Positions 49,511-59,778 of a stretch of DNA of 64,000 nt are shown one piece after another. The translations under genes were made by a program, and so were the position numbers. The notes under the pieces are model-generated. The model made no database searches. It was given only the letters and a program-made list of their open reading frames with translations, and had not been told where the DNA came from. Origin of the DNA: an uncultured cyanobacterium (GTDB lineage Bacteria > Cyanobacteriota > Cyanobacteriia > Cyanobacteriales > CAWCAG01); assembly GCA_963793425.1 (NCBI GenBank), contig CAWCAG010000007.1:256001-320000 (forward strand). Reading direction: 5' to 3'. Numbering within the stretch: the stretch's first letter is position 1; every line of letters starts with the position of its first letter.

Positions 49511-49760
49511 CCCTCAGCAATATCTTCAGAGTTCCCCAAACAGTTAATCCTAAAGCTTGAGCCGTAATTCTGGCTAAACCATCATCCAATAAGACAACCG
49601 ACTCAGAATTTTCTAAGGCTAAAGCGATCGCTGCCTGTTTTCCTTCGCGTAATTCATCAACTACAGCAGAGGGAACGATTATTTCTGTAAAAATTTCCGG
49701 CAACCAATCTAATTTACTAATGCGATGTAGATATAAAAGGGGAGAGGTGTCAATTAACAA
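49500..49760 (-). pseudogene. DUF3368 PIN-domain fragment with internal deletion
   Basis: DTSPLLYL..I..L...IIVPSAVVDEL joined directly to AAIALA...LLDDGLAR...GTLKILLRAK; C-terminus missing. Confidence 0.75.
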
Positions 49761-49770
49761 TTATTTGATC

Positions 49771-51255
49771 ATGACCAACAACGAACCTAAAGCAGATATT
49801 CTGGTAATTGATGATACACCAGAAAACCTTTCTCTCCTTTCTAATATGCTAACAGAGCGAGGTTATAAGGTTCGTAGCGTTACTAAAGGTTCGACGGGGT
49901 TGCGGGGGGCGCAAGCAGCACCTCCTGACTTAATTTTACTGGATGTGAATATGCCCCAGATGAATGGTTATGAGGTTTGTGAAAAACTGAAAGCCCAACA
50001 ACCAACCAAAGATATTCCGGTCATCTTTATCAGCGCTTTAGGAGATACCATTGATAAAGTCAAAGCCTTTCAAGTTGGTGGCGTAGATTATATTACTAAA
50101 CCTTTTCAAGTTGAAGAAGTCTTAGCCCGCATCGATACCCATCTCACCGTTTGCCGTTTACAACAACAACTACAACAACAAAATACTCAACTGCAAAAAG
50201 AAATTAGCGATCGCACAGCAGCAGAGGAGAAATTTACTAAAGCATTTCGTTCCAGCCCTCATCCCATTGCCATCGCTACCCTTTCAGGGGGACGTTTTTT
50301 AGAGGTTAATAATAGTTTTTTGAGGATTACTGGTTATGAACAACAAGAGGTGTTTGAACGTACTGCGGCTGAACTTAACTTGTGGTTTCCTGCCGAAACT
50401 TACCTCAAAGCGATACACAAACTGTTACAAGATGGTTCCCTTTATAACCAAGAAGTGCAAATTCGTAGTAGAACTGGAGAAACAAAAGTTGTGCTACTAT
50501 CGGTTGAATTAATTGAACTAGCTGGGGTTCAATGCACCCTCAATATTATTAATGATATCACCGAACGTAAGCGCTTAGAAAACGAATTTATTTCCCTGGT
50601 TAGCCATGAATTGCGTACACCAATGTCTTCAATTATCGGTGCTTTAGACCTACTTGGTACAGGGCAATTAGGTAACTTAAATACCCAAGGAAAACAAGTT
50701 CTTAATATTGCTATAACTAATACAGAACGTCTGATGCGTTTAGTTAACGATATCCTCGACTTAGAACGCATCAAGTCAGGAAAAATTCAGATGCAAAAGG
50801 TAAGATGTAATGGGGCAAATCTCCTCGCCCAAGCCTCAGAAACAATGCAAACCTTAGCAAATAATTCTCAGTTAAGGCTGGAGGTAGAAACCTCTTCAGT
50901 TATTCTCTGGGGAGATCCTGACCGTATTTTGCAAACCCTGACTAACCTGTTGAGTAATGCTATCAAATTCTCAGAACCAGGACAAACAATTTGGCTGAGA
51001 TCGCGCCTTTATGGAGATTATCTACAAGTAGAAGTACAAGACGAAGGTAGAGGTATCCCGGCTGATAAATTACAATTAATTTTCGAGCGTTTTCAACAAG
51101 TAGATGCTTCCGACTCTCGTAGCAAGGGGGGAACAGGTTTAGGACTTTCTATTTGCCGTAATATTATTGAACAACACAACGGTAAAATTTGGGCAGAAAG
51201 CATTTTAGGTCAAGGTAGTACTTTTTATTTTACTTTACCTTTAGTATCAGGTTGA
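49771..51255 (+). CDS. Hybrid sensor histidine kinase (REC-PAS-HisKA-HATPase)
   Basis: ILVIDD, LILLDVNMP, SHELRTP, NLLSNAIKF, DEGRGIP, GGTGLGL all intact. Confidence 0.93.
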   Translation: MTNNEPKADILVIDDTPENLSLLSNMLTERGYKVRSVTKGSTGLRGAQAAPPDLILLDVNMPQMNGYEVCEKLKAQQPTKDIPVIFISALGDTIDKVKAFQVGGVDYITKPFQVEEVLARIDTHLTVCRLQQQLQQQNTQLQKEISDRTAAEEKFTKAFRSSPHPIAIATLSGGRFLEVNNSFLRITGYEQQEVFERTAAELNLWFPAETYLKAIHKLLQDGSLYNQEVQIRSRTGETKVVLLSVELIELAGVQCTLNIINDITERKRLENEFISLVSHELRTPMSSIIGALDLLGTGQLGNLNTQGKQVLNIAITNTERLMRLVNDILDLERIKSGKIQMQKVRCNGANLLAQASETMQTLANNSQLRLEVETSSVILWGDPDRILQTLTNLLSNAIKFSEPGQTIWLRSRLYGDYLQVEVQDEGRGIPADKLQLIFERFQQVDASDSRSKGGTGLGLSICRNIIEQHNGKIWAESILGQGSTFYFTLPLVSG

Positions 51256-51304
51256 TAGTTGGTAAAATAAGCAAAGCAATTTACCAAAAGAGTATTATTT
51301 AACT

Positions 51305-51673
51305 TTGCATAAAACCATCTTAGTAGTTGACGATGAAGAAGACGTGCGATCGCTCATTAAGTTAGGTTTAGAAATGGCTGCTGGTTGGCAAGTGTTAACA
51401 GCTAATTCTGGACAAGAAGCCCTTAATGTAGCGACAACCCAGCAACCAGATATCATTTTGCTAGATATGATGATGCCGGATCTTGATGGCAAGGAGACTA
51501 TTCAGAAATTGAAAGCAAATTCTCCAACTAAAGATATTCCTGTTATTCTCATGACGGCGAAAATAGCTTCTTCTTTGGAAGAAACTTTAGCTGGGTTAGA
51601 TATTGCGGCTATTTTCACCAAGCCTCTGCGCCCTCTACAATTACCGAAACAAATTCTTGATGCGTTGAAGTGA
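51305..51673 (+). CDS. Single-domain response regulator
   Basis: ILVVDD, ILLDMMMP, MTAK, KP. Confidence 0.9.
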   Translation: MHKTILVVDDEEDVRSLIKLGLEMAAGWQVLTANSGQEALNVATTQQPDIILLDMMMPDLDGKETIQKLKANSPTKDIPVILMTAKIASSLEETLAGLDIAAIFTKPLRPLQLPKQILDALK

Positions 51674-51759
51674 GAGAGGGGAAACGGGGCGATGCTTTTA
51701 ATTGTCAGGTTCAACGAGAAACCACTTCTCTTCCAATTTCTCTAAAACTCCATCTTCTT

Positions 51760-52417
51760 TTAACTGTAACAAAACTCGGTTGATTTTCTCCAACTTCTCA
51801 AAATCTTCTTCTGGTAAAGCGACGGCATAATTTTGCTTAGTTTGACTGGTTTTCCTTGCAGATATTCTTCTGAAGTCGTCCCAGCTACTGCGGCGACTCT
51901 TTCGTTAATTAAGTCATTGAGTCCTGTTATCCTAGCTTGGAGGCGATTAGCGGTGACAGCAGAAGTGAAATAAGCTACCACCAACAAGCCAACGAACATC
52001 CAGACTACTCCGATTAACCTTCCTAATTTTCCCGTAGGGGACTTGTCTCCATAGCCGACGGTAGTCGCTGTGGGAAAAATTAATTGCTTCTTCCCTTTCT
52101 GCGGTAATACTAATACCAGCAATCGCCCCATCAATTTCTGCTGCTTCAATTGCTTGCAAACTTTCTTGAACCCCATCAAAAACAACAAACTTGTAATTAA
52201 TATCTAACTCGTTACTAATTTCTTGCCAAAGTTCTATGCTGTAGCCTTTATTTACCTCACCATTTTCATCTAGAAAAACAAAGGGAGGAAAGGCATTTGT
52301 ACCAACTTTCCAGACCTCTGATTTTGCTAAAGATTCTGCTTCTTGGGCGACTACTTGATGATTAAATCCTATGGCTAAAGTAGTTAAGGTGAGAACAATA
52401 ATAATACTGCTTCTCAT
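51760..52417 (-). pseudogene. GluR0-like glutamate-gated K+ channel remnant (internal deletions, frameshift)
   Basis: Signal + SBP S1 (PPFV, GYSIELW, ISITAEREEAINFSH) switches frame directly into pore loop TATTVGYGDKSP, M2 helix and start of S2 (VAAVAGTTSEEYL). Confidence 0.8.
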
Positions 52418-52438
52418 TCTTTTGCGTACCTCTAATTT

Positions 52439-53110
52439 TTAGCTTTTTTCAACCTCCAAACTTTCAACTGGAGGGGCTTTGTCTACTTTAGCTGTAACTT
52501 TCTTTTTTCGAGACTCTAACCAAATAGACACACCAACAATAATAACTATTACTACTAAGGTCAAAAAACCGAATTTTGTCATCCAATAAATAACTTCTTC
52601 TAAAGGAAGAAAGCGACCGAGAAAAAACGACAAACTGATAGTAACCGTAGCCCAAAGAGTAGCGCCTCCCAAGTTACACCACAAAAATTGTTGATAGGGC
52701 ATATCAGCAATTCCTGCTAAAGGTCCAGCAAAAATTCTTAATAGAGCGACAAAGCGACCAAAAAAAACTGCCCTTGGGGCATTTTTACTAAACTGTTCTC
52801 TTAATTCTTCTAATTGACTTTGGGGAATTTTAAAGAAGTTTCCTAACTTAACCAAAAAGTTCCAGCCGCCAATTTTACCGATCCAATAACCAAAATTATC
52901 GCCAAGAACTGCTCCAGCGATCGCGCTTCCCAAAACTGGCCAATAAGCCAAATCTCCACTACCTGCCAAAAAGCCGCCCACAAGGGTGATGGTTTCTCCA
53001 GGTAAGGGAATTCCCGTATTTTCTAGGGCAATACCGATAAATACTGCCCAGTAGCCATACTGACTAGCGATCTCCTGGATAGTCTCCAGTGGTATAAGCT
53101 CAAAAGACAT
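52439..53110 (-). CDS. DedA-family membrane protein
   Basis: ENTGIPLPGE, GAVLGDNFGYWIG, FFGRFVALLR. Confidence 0.92.
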   Translation of the reverse strand: MSFELIPLETIQEIASQYGYWAVFIGIALENTGIPLPGETITLVGGFLAGSGDLAYWPVLGSAIAGAVLGDNFGYWIGKIGGWNFLVKLGNFFKIPQSQLEELREQFSKNAPRAVFFGRFVALLRIFAGPLAGIADMPYQQFLWCNLGGATLWATVTISLSFFLGRFLPLEEVIYWMTKFGFLTLVVIVIIVGVSIWLESRKKKVTAKVDKAPPVESLEVEKS

Positions 53111-53310
53111 CCAGTATCGTCTTCAATATAATTAATTAAGTTCTCTTCTTGATCTTGGCGCGTTTTAGGGAAAAGTGTCAATGTAAATGATCAATGTTCA
53201 ATCTTCAGTTATCAATGTACGGCTTGCCGTTACCGCTAGGCATTGATGATTCAGTTATCAGTTTGAGGTTTGCTGTTATTGTCAATTAGCCATTAGCAAC
53301 TAGCAATTAG

Positions 53311-53568
53311 CTAGGTGGGTACTGCTTCTCCGGGGCGTAATTCGGCCCATTTGCCATCTTCTCTTAGGAAACTTTGGCAACCAACTACATCCCATTCCAT
53401 TTCGACATAATCTTGGTGAGGACGGATGTTAACATTGATAGTTGGTTCTTTTGGTTCAAAGTTAGGTTCTTCTGTAAGGTGAGGTTGTTGATGTTGAGTT
53501 TCTACCGCATGGTATGTTTCACAGCGATCAACAAAGTAGCAGTTAACACAAATACACATGACAGACAA
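53311..53568 (-). CDS. ycf34: Ycf34 Fe-S protein
   Basis: MCICVNC..VDRC.TYHAVE.QH, EWDVVGC; ATG 53559 is the likely start. Confidence 0.9.
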   Translation of the reverse strand: MSVMCICVNCYFVDRCETYHAVETQHQQPHLTEEPNFEPKEPTINVNIRPHQDYVEMEWDVVGCQSFLREDGKWAELRPGEAVPT

Positions 53569-53642
53569 AAAATTAGGGGCCTTTTTGTTAATGTAACTCA
53601 GATGAGATGAAGTAGGACTCCGAATTTTGACTTTTGTTAACA

Positions 53643-53721
53643 GAAGAAGGGAGCGGGGAGCGGGGAGCGGGGAGTAGGGAGATAGGGAGATAGAATATTA
53701 ACAATTAGCCATTAGCCATTA
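53643..53721 (+). repeat. Composite STRR element, copy A
   Basis: (GGGGAGC)n-GGGAGATAGAATATTAACA-(ATTAGCC)n; inverted copy at 61785-61850. Confidence 0.8.
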
Positions 53722-53753
53722 AAAATTATCAACTATCAATCATCGATTTAAAC

Positions 53754-54905
53754 TTGTTGCCTCAACCTGTCTACTTAGTTGGAGGTGCGGTTAGGGATGC
53801 TTTGTTGGGAAGGCATCGGCAGGATTTTGATTTGGATTTTGTTGTACCAGAAAATGCTGTACAAACGGCTAAGAAGATAGCCAACTACTACCAAGCTGGG
53901 TTTGTGATTTTGGATGCCCAAAGAGGCATTGCTAGAGTCGTTTTTCCTCAAGGAACATTAGATTTTGCCCAGCAGGAAGGGGATAGTTTAGAAACAGACT
54001 TACGGCGAAGAGATTTTACGATTAATGCGATCGCCTATAACCCCCGTACAGAAGAATTAATCGATCCTCTACAAGGGCAAAGGGATTTAGAAAAAGGTTG
54101 GCTGAAGATGGTTTCTCCAGGCAATCTTGCTGATGATCCTTTACGGTTACTCCGTGGCTATCGTCAAGCCTCTCAGTTAAATTTCACCATTGAACCAGAA
54201 ACTCGCTCAACTATTCGCGCCCTTGTACCTAAGTTAGCTGATGTAGCGCCGGAAAGGATACAAGCTGAGTTAAATTACCTGTTGAATAGTCCCCAAGCAA
54301 GTTATTGGTTGAAAGCGGCAGCAGAAGATGGTTTGCTTTCTTTGTGGTTAGGAGAAATTGATTACCACAGCTTAGCCCGATTGGGAAAAATTGATGCAGC
54401 AGCAAAGTTATGCCCAGAATTACCCCAAGCCCAACTCTCTTTAGCTAAGTTAGCTTGTCTTGTTTCTCCTCAAATTGAAGAAGCACAATCACAGTTGCAA
54501 CGTCTCAAATATTCCCGTACTGAGATTAAAACTATTTCTGTAGCAATCAAGTATTTACCTCGCCTACTTACCCTAGAATCTTCCCCTCTGCCCCCCAAAG
54601 AACAGTATTTCTTTTTTCGGGGAGTAGAAGATGTTTTTCCCACTGTAGCTGTGCTGGCAGTAGCAGCAGGGGCAAGGAAAGAGGCGATCACACCTTTGAT
54701 AGCAGCTTATCTTAACCCGGAAAATCAAGCGGCACATCCTACCCCTTTGGTAACGGGAAACGATCTGATGGAATCGCTAAACCTTCCCCCCAGTCGCAAA
54801 ATTGGCCAGCTTTTAACGGAAATTCAAGTTGCTAGGGTAGAAGGCAAGATTAAGACCCCAGAAGAAGCTTTACAATTCGCTCTTTCTTTGCTAGGTAAAA
54901 ATTAA
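53754..54905 (+). CDS. tRNA nucleotidyltransferase (likely CC-adding type)
   Basis: YLVGGAVRD, DLD, DLRRRDFTINA, DDPLRLLR, ERI; start codon uncertain. Confidence 0.88.
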   Translation: MLPQPVYLVGGAVRDALLGRHRQDFDLDFVVPENAVQTAKKIANYYQAGFVILDAQRGIARVVFPQGTLDFAQQEGDSLETDLRRRDFTINAIAYNPRTEELIDPLQGQRDLEKGWLKMVSPGNLADDPLRLLRGYRQASQLNFTIEPETRSTIRALVPKLADVAPERIQAELNYLLNSPQASYWLKAAAEDGLLSLWLGEIDYHSLARLGKIDAAAKLCPELPQAQLSLAKLACLVSPQIEEAQSQLQRLKYSRTEIKTISVAIKYLPRLLTLESSPLPPKEQYFFFRGVEDVFPTVAVLAVAAGARKEAITPLIAAYLNPENQAAHPTPLVTGNDLMESLNLPPSRKIGQLLTEIQVARVEGKIKTPEEALQFALSLLGKN

Positions 54906-54954
54906 ACGCTACTATAGGAATGAACAGCAAGCTGCTTCTAGTCTATAGCCGTTA

Positions 54955-55263
54955 ATGAAAGTTATTTTTTTAATCGTTATTCTTGTTCTTGCCACTGTCA
55001 TTTTGGTTAATTATGTCAATCCCTCACTCTCTTCTCAAGGTGGGATTCTGGGTAAATTACAATCCTTCCTGAGCAGATTTAGTCGTAGATTCAGGCGGGT
55101 AAAAATTAGTAGCAAAGCAAGTCCTTTGCGCCGAGAATTATTGAAAAGAGTAGATCCTGCTACCGCAGATAGATTAATCTCTTCAGCAAGAAGAAGAACT
55201 CCTGGCAAGTCAGAACACTGGTATTTAGAAAAAGTACTTTATGATCTTATACGAGGAAGATAA
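54955..55263 (+). CDS. Small membrane-anchored hypothetical protein
   Basis: N-terminal TM helix, C-terminal PGKSExWYLEKVxYDL. Confidence 0.75.
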   Translation: MKVIFLIVILVLATVILVNYVNPSLSSQGGILGKLQSFLSRFSRRFRRVKISSKASPLRRELLKRVDPATADRLISSARRRTPGKSEHWYLEKVLYDLIRGR

Positions 55264-55396
55264 AGCTTTGTAACTATTGACAAAGAACTACCCAACAGCT
55301 TACCAAGAGATTGATAAACTGGAACGCAGCATAGTATGGACTCTCGTCTTTAACCCGTAAAGCACTACATCGTCTTTATAAGAAAAGCTAAAACCA

Positions 55397-56473
55397 ATGG
55401 TAAATACCCTTAAAAAACCTGAATTTGATGAAATCCGTCCAGGAGTCAAAAACCCAGCCAAGGAAACCCTTTTAACACCTCGCTTTTATACCACTGATTT
55501 TGAAGAAGTGGCGAAGATGGATCTTTCTCCTAATGAAGAGGAATTAGAAGCTATTCTTGAGGAATTCCGTGTTGACTATAACCGCACCCATTTCGTGCGG
55601 GACGAAGAATTTAATCAATCTTGGGAACATATTGACGGGGAAACACGCCGGGTATTTGTAGAATTTTTAGAGCGCTCTTGCACCGCAGAATTTTCTGGCT
55701 TTCTACTTTACAAAGAATTAGGCAGACGTTTAAAAAAAACCAACCCACTTTTAGCTGAATGCTTTAACTTAATGTCTAGGGATGAGGCACGTCATGCTGG
55801 CTTCCTCAATAAAGCCATGTCGGACTTCAACCTTTCTTTAGACCTAGGTTTCTTAACTAAAAGCCGCAAATATACTTTCTTCAAGCCAAAGTTTATTTTC
55901 TACGCCACTTACCTATCGGAAAAAATTGGCTACTGGCGCTACATTACCATCTATCGCCACCTAGAAGCCAATCCAGAAGACCGTATTTATCCTATCTTCC
56001 GCTTCTTTGAAAACTGGTGTCAAGATGAAAATCGTCATGGTGACTTCTTTGATGCCATGATGAAATCCCAGCCCCACATTTTAAATGACTGGCGGGCTAA
56101 ATTATGGTGTCGTTTCTTCCTCCTTTCTGTATTCGCCACCATGTATCTTAATGATATTCAGCGTTCTGGTTTCTATAAATCTTTAGGTTTAGATGCCCGT
56201 GAGTATGATATTCACGTCATCAAGAAAACTAACGAAACGGCAGGAAGAGTCTTTCCTATCACCTTAGATGTGGAAGATCCAGAATTTTATCAGAGGTTGG
56301 ATGTTTGTGTAGAAAATAACCGCAAACTATCCTCAATTGCTAATTCTGAGGGCATTAAACCTGTGAAGTTTTTGCAGAAACTGCCCCTTTATGTTTCTAG
56401 TGGTTGGCAACTTTTAAAGTTGTATTTCATGAAACCTTTAGATGCAGCGAGTACTCAAGGTATGGCTCGGTAA
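55397..56473 (+). CDS. acsF: Mg-protoporphyrin IX monomethyl ester oxidative cyclase
   Basis: [41 protein letters not shown]. Confidence 0.97.
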   Translation: MVNTLKKPEFDEIRPGVKNPAKETLLTPRFYTTDFEEVAKMDLSPNEEELEAILEEFRVDYNRTHFVRDEEFNQSWEHIDGETRRVFVEFLERSCTAEFSGFLLYKELGRRLKKTNPLLAECFNLMSRDEARHAGFLNKAMSDFNLSLDLGFLTKSRKYTFFKPKFIFYATYLSEKIGYWRYITIYRHLEANPEDRIYPIFRFFENWCQDENRHGDFFDAMMKSQPHILNDWRAKLWCRFFLLSVFATMYLNDIQRSGFYKSLGLDAREYDIHVIKKTNETAGRVFPITLDVEDPEFYQRLDVCVENNRKLSSIANSEGIKPVKFLQKLPLYVSSGWQLLKLYFMKPLDAASTQGMAR

Positions 56474-56485
56474 ATCTATTTCTTT

Positions 56486-56515
56486 GTAAAGGCGTTGTAT
56501 ATGCAGCGTCTTTAC
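56486..56515 (+). terminator. Hairpin after acsF
   Basis: GTAAAGGCGTTGTA-TA-TGCAGCGTCTTTAC. Confidence 0.5.
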
Positions 56516-56519
56516 GGTT

Positions 56520-57698
56520 TTGCTAGAGGTAGAGAAATTGAAAACCTTAGTTAAAGCTGCGATCGCAGCTTTTTTATCAATTCTACTAACCGCTTGCGGT
56601 ATATCAAGAATCACTGCCCAAGAGCGACTATTTCCGCAACTATCCTTAGAATTTTTAGGGGAATATCAACTTCCTAAACAAACTTTCCAAGATACTCCGG
56701 TAGGCGGTTTATCTGCTTTAACTTACAATCCTAAGCTTAAGCTTTTCTATATTCTATCTGATGACCGTAGCCAATTTGCTCCGGCTCGTTTTTACACCTT
56801 TAATATTCCCTTCGAGCAAAACGAAGTAGGAGATATTGATTTTGGTGAAGTAGCTATAGAAGGAGTTACTTTTCTCAAAAACTCCGAAGGAAAAACTTAC
56901 CCAGCGGGAAGCATTGATCCTGAAGGTATAGCCTTTTCTCCCCAAGGCAACCTCTTTATTTCTAGTGAAGGAATTCCTAGCCAAGGTGTTGCTCCTTTTA
57001 TTCGGAAATTTGACCTCAAAACAGGGCAAATCTTGCAAGATTTGCGCCTTCCCCAACGCTACTTGCCCCCAGAAGAAGAGGAAGATTTACCTCGCGGAGT
57101 TAGAGAAAACTTAGGACTAGAAGCCTTAACCCTAAATCCTTTTAGTGCTGCTGTTCCCCAAGCAGATCCGTTTCGATTGTTTTCTGCTTTTGAGTTTGCC
57201 TTACAACAAGACTATAAACCTGAAGCAGAAGAAGAAGCAGGAGATATACCTTTACGTTTCATGCACTATGTCGTTAACCCCATCGGTTCACCATTTTTTG
57301 TAGCAGAACATCTTTATTACCTAGATGCAGCCCCTGCTGGTGTAATTAGTAATGGGCTAACGGAATTAGTAGCTATTGAACCAGAAGGTTATTTCCTTAG
57401 TTTAGAGCGAACTTACGGCTTAACGGGGGCAGGGGCAAAAATTTATCAAGTGGCATTAGCTACGGCTACGGATACCACATTAGTAGAGAGTTTCCAAGGC
57501 AATATAGGAGGAGTTGTACCTTTGAAAAAAAAGCTACTTCTTGACCTAAAAGAACTAGAAATTTATCTCGATAATTTTGAAGGGATGGTTTTAGGACCAC
57601 TATTACCTGACGGTAGTAAAAGTGTTATTTTAGTTAGCGATAATAATTTTAGTGAAGAACAAATAACCCAGTTTTTGCTCTTTCGTTTAAAAGATTAA
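56520..57698 (+). CDS. Esterase-like activity of phytase family lipoprotein
   Basis: LTAC lipobox, GGLSAL, LSDDR, DPEGI, DNFEGM, LVSDNNF. Confidence 0.87.
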   Translation: MLEVEKLKTLVKAAIAAFLSILLTACGISRITAQERLFPQLSLEFLGEYQLPKQTFQDTPVGGLSALTYNPKLKLFYILSDDRSQFAPARFYTFNIPFEQNEVGDIDFGEVAIEGVTFLKNSEGKTYPAGSIDPEGIAFSPQGNLFISSEGIPSQGVAPFIRKFDLKTGQILQDLRLPQRYLPPEEEEDLPRGVRENLGLEALTLNPFSAAVPQADPFRLFSAFEFALQQDYKPEAEEEAGDIPLRFMHYVVNPIGSPFFVAEHLYYLDAAPAGVISNGLTELVAIEPEGYFLSLERTYGLTGAGAKIYQVALATATDTTLVESFQGNIGGVVPLKKKLLLDLKELEIYLDNFEGMVLGPLLPDGSKSVILVSDNNFSEEQITQFLLFRLKD

Positions 57699-57752
57699 TA
57701 GGCAATTAAACTAACATAACGAATAATTAGAAAACAGCTAATCTCGAATGAA

Positions 57753-57813
57753 TAGGGCGACCCGACAGAGATTAACTTTGAACCAAAACACTCTGGAAAC
57801 GGGTCGCCTCTAC
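57753..57813. repeat. REP-like inverted repeat
   Basis: AGGGCGACCCG...CGGGTCGCCTCTAC; related half-site GTAGGGGCGACCTGTTT at 25744. Confidence 0.55.
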
Positions 57814-57834
57814 TGATAAAATTGATAATCGCAA

Positions 57835-58422
57835 ATGTCTAATTCTCACGATATTAAAACCCTCGCCCGCTTAATGGCAGCAGACTTTAGTAACCAAGAA
57901 CAAGCTTTTGAAAATCCACCTTTTTTTGCTCATATTCGCGTTTGCATCCGACCTTTATCAGAGGAAATATGCGGAGGAACAAGTCTTTTTTTAGAACAAG
58001 CTTATGATATCGCAATTAATGAACCTTATCGGGTGCGAGTATTTAAACTAACTGTTGTAGAAGACTATATTTTACTAGAAAACTTTAAAGTTAAAGACCA
58101 AGAAAAGTATTACGGTGCTTCTCGTCAGAAAGAACGTTTACAAGAGTTGAAGGCAGAAGATTTAGAAAAACTACCAGGGTGCGACATGACTGTTAAGTGG
58201 ACTGGTAACAGTTTTAATGGAGTTGTTGTACCGGGTAAAAACTGTATAGTAGAACGCAAAGGTAAGGTTACTTATCTAGATAATAGTTTTGATGTTAGCG
58301 AAGAAAAATTAGTTAGTTACGACCGAGGTAGAGATCCTGAAACAGATGAATTAGTCTGGGGATCTGTAGCGGGGCCTTTTGAGTTCCATCGTAAAACTAG
58401 TTTCGCCTCTGAAATCAATTGA
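57835..58422 (+). CDS. cpcT: CpcT/CpeT-family phycobiliprotein lyase
   Basis: AADFSNQEQAFENPPFFAHI, EQAY, PYRVRV, DRGRDPETDELVWGS. Confidence 0.9.
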   Translation: MSNSHDIKTLARLMAADFSNQEQAFENPPFFAHIRVCIRPLSEEICGGTSLFLEQAYDIAINEPYRVRVFKLTVVEDYILLENFKVKDQEKYYGASRQKERLQELKAEDLEKLPGCDMTVKWTGNSFNGVVVPGKNCIVERKGKVTYLDNSFDVSEEKLVSYDRGRDPETDELVWGSVAGPFEFHRKTSFASEIN

Positions 58423-58957
58423 CAATGAGTTCAGGTTAAACATCAAAGCAAAAAAAGTTTTGGAAGCTAAATTATTAGGAACGCATCTTTTCCATCATGT
58501 ACAGAATACCATGTTCAGGAAGAGGAAAGCGCACCGAACAGCAAGAGGTTTTTTAATTAACATTGATAAGCAAAACTTTTATTTCTTGTCGTCAAAGTTC
58601 AAATCATTTAAACTCAAACACATTTTAAGCATCTTTATAAAGATATGTTAAGAACGGTTGAATAAGCTTTTGAGAGGGGTTTCTTTTGTAATAGAATTAA
58701 TGAAGATTGATAAATAATGTAAGACTGGCCGCTTTTTACTCAAAACAATCTTCAACTGAGAGAAACCACGAGAGAGTGGGGCTTTGCTTGAAATAAAGCA
58801 GCTTGAGGGAAGAAGTTCCCCAATACCAAAAGTATAAGAGAATAACTTTTTTTAAGACTGAATTTAATCACCTATTGACAAAATACAAAATTGATGAATC
58901 CTCCTTCTCTTAAAACTTGGCAAAAACATTAAGTAGTCGCATAAGATTACTTAATGT

Positions 58958-59719
58958 TTACAAAGATTCTTCTTGATAAGCCAGGTAAACAGCTTCTAAA
59001 AACTGATTTGCTGTGACTCCAGAAGGAACTCTTTCTAAGGAAACAATCTCTTTAATTTGGCTAGCTAAGCGCAGACTCACTTCTTTTCTGGCTGAAGGAA
59101 TCATTCCTTTGCGGCGTTGCAAATAGTCACGAATAATGGCAAAATCCTCTGGCAATAAACAAGATAAATCAGTTACCGTAGGAAGTTCTTTTGCTAAAGT
59201 GGTAGCTTCGGTTGAAAGGGAAATATTAGTATCACTAACAGCTTCTTCTTGTACTACCAAAGTTCCTGCCACAAAGTCTCCAATCCGTTTTTCTCGCTTA
59301 GTAAAAATAATAAAAAACATACCTACAAACAACAAGTCATCCACAGGGCGAAGAAGAGAACGAATAGTTGCTTGTTGCAATTGTACTGGTCTACCATCAT
59401 CTTGAATTACCCTAATTTTCGCCCTACGTTTGCCGGGAGTTTGCCCTTGCCAAATAGTTTCAAAAAAAACGAAGTAACCAACTTGAATAACAAAAACTAT
59501 AAATAATTGAATAGCAAGTAGAAACTGAGATAAGCTATCATATTGAATTAGGTAATTGAAAATCAGAAAAGCTACAGTCATTTGGCAAAAAAAGACAACC
59601 GACAGCCAAATAACGTAATCAATTAAAAAAGCATGAACTCGATTACCAATTCCGGCTAGAGAAAATTCTAGTTCAACGCTTTCTGGAGTTTCTAAGTTAA
59701 CTTGATTAAAATATTTCAC
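58958..59719 (-). CDS. RDD-family protein
   Basis: TPESVELEF.LAGIGNR..AFLID, GQTPGKR, KRIGDFVAGT. Confidence 0.9.
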   Translation of the reverse strand: MKYFNQVNLETPESVELEFSLAGIGNRVHAFLIDYVIWLSVVFFCQMTVAFLIFNYLIQYDSLSQFLLAIQLFIVFVIQVGYFVFFETIWQGQTPGKRRAKIRVIQDDGRPVQLQQATIRSLLRPVDDLLFVGMFFIIFTKREKRIGDFVAGTLVVQEEAVSDTNISLSTEATTLAKELPTVTDLSCLLPEDFAIIRDYLQRRKGMIPSARKEVSLRLASQIKEIVSLERVPSGVTANQFLEAVYLAYQEESL

Positions 59720-59778
59720 AGCTTAGCTATAAGACAAGAAAAAGCAACACTTTAATTTAATTTTGTATTTGACATTAA

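Noticed and set aside
58379..58651. 90-aa ORF after cpcT, and other short antisense ORFs nested in long genes
   Set aside because: Overlap real genes or repeat relics, lack RBS and motifs; treated as spurious.
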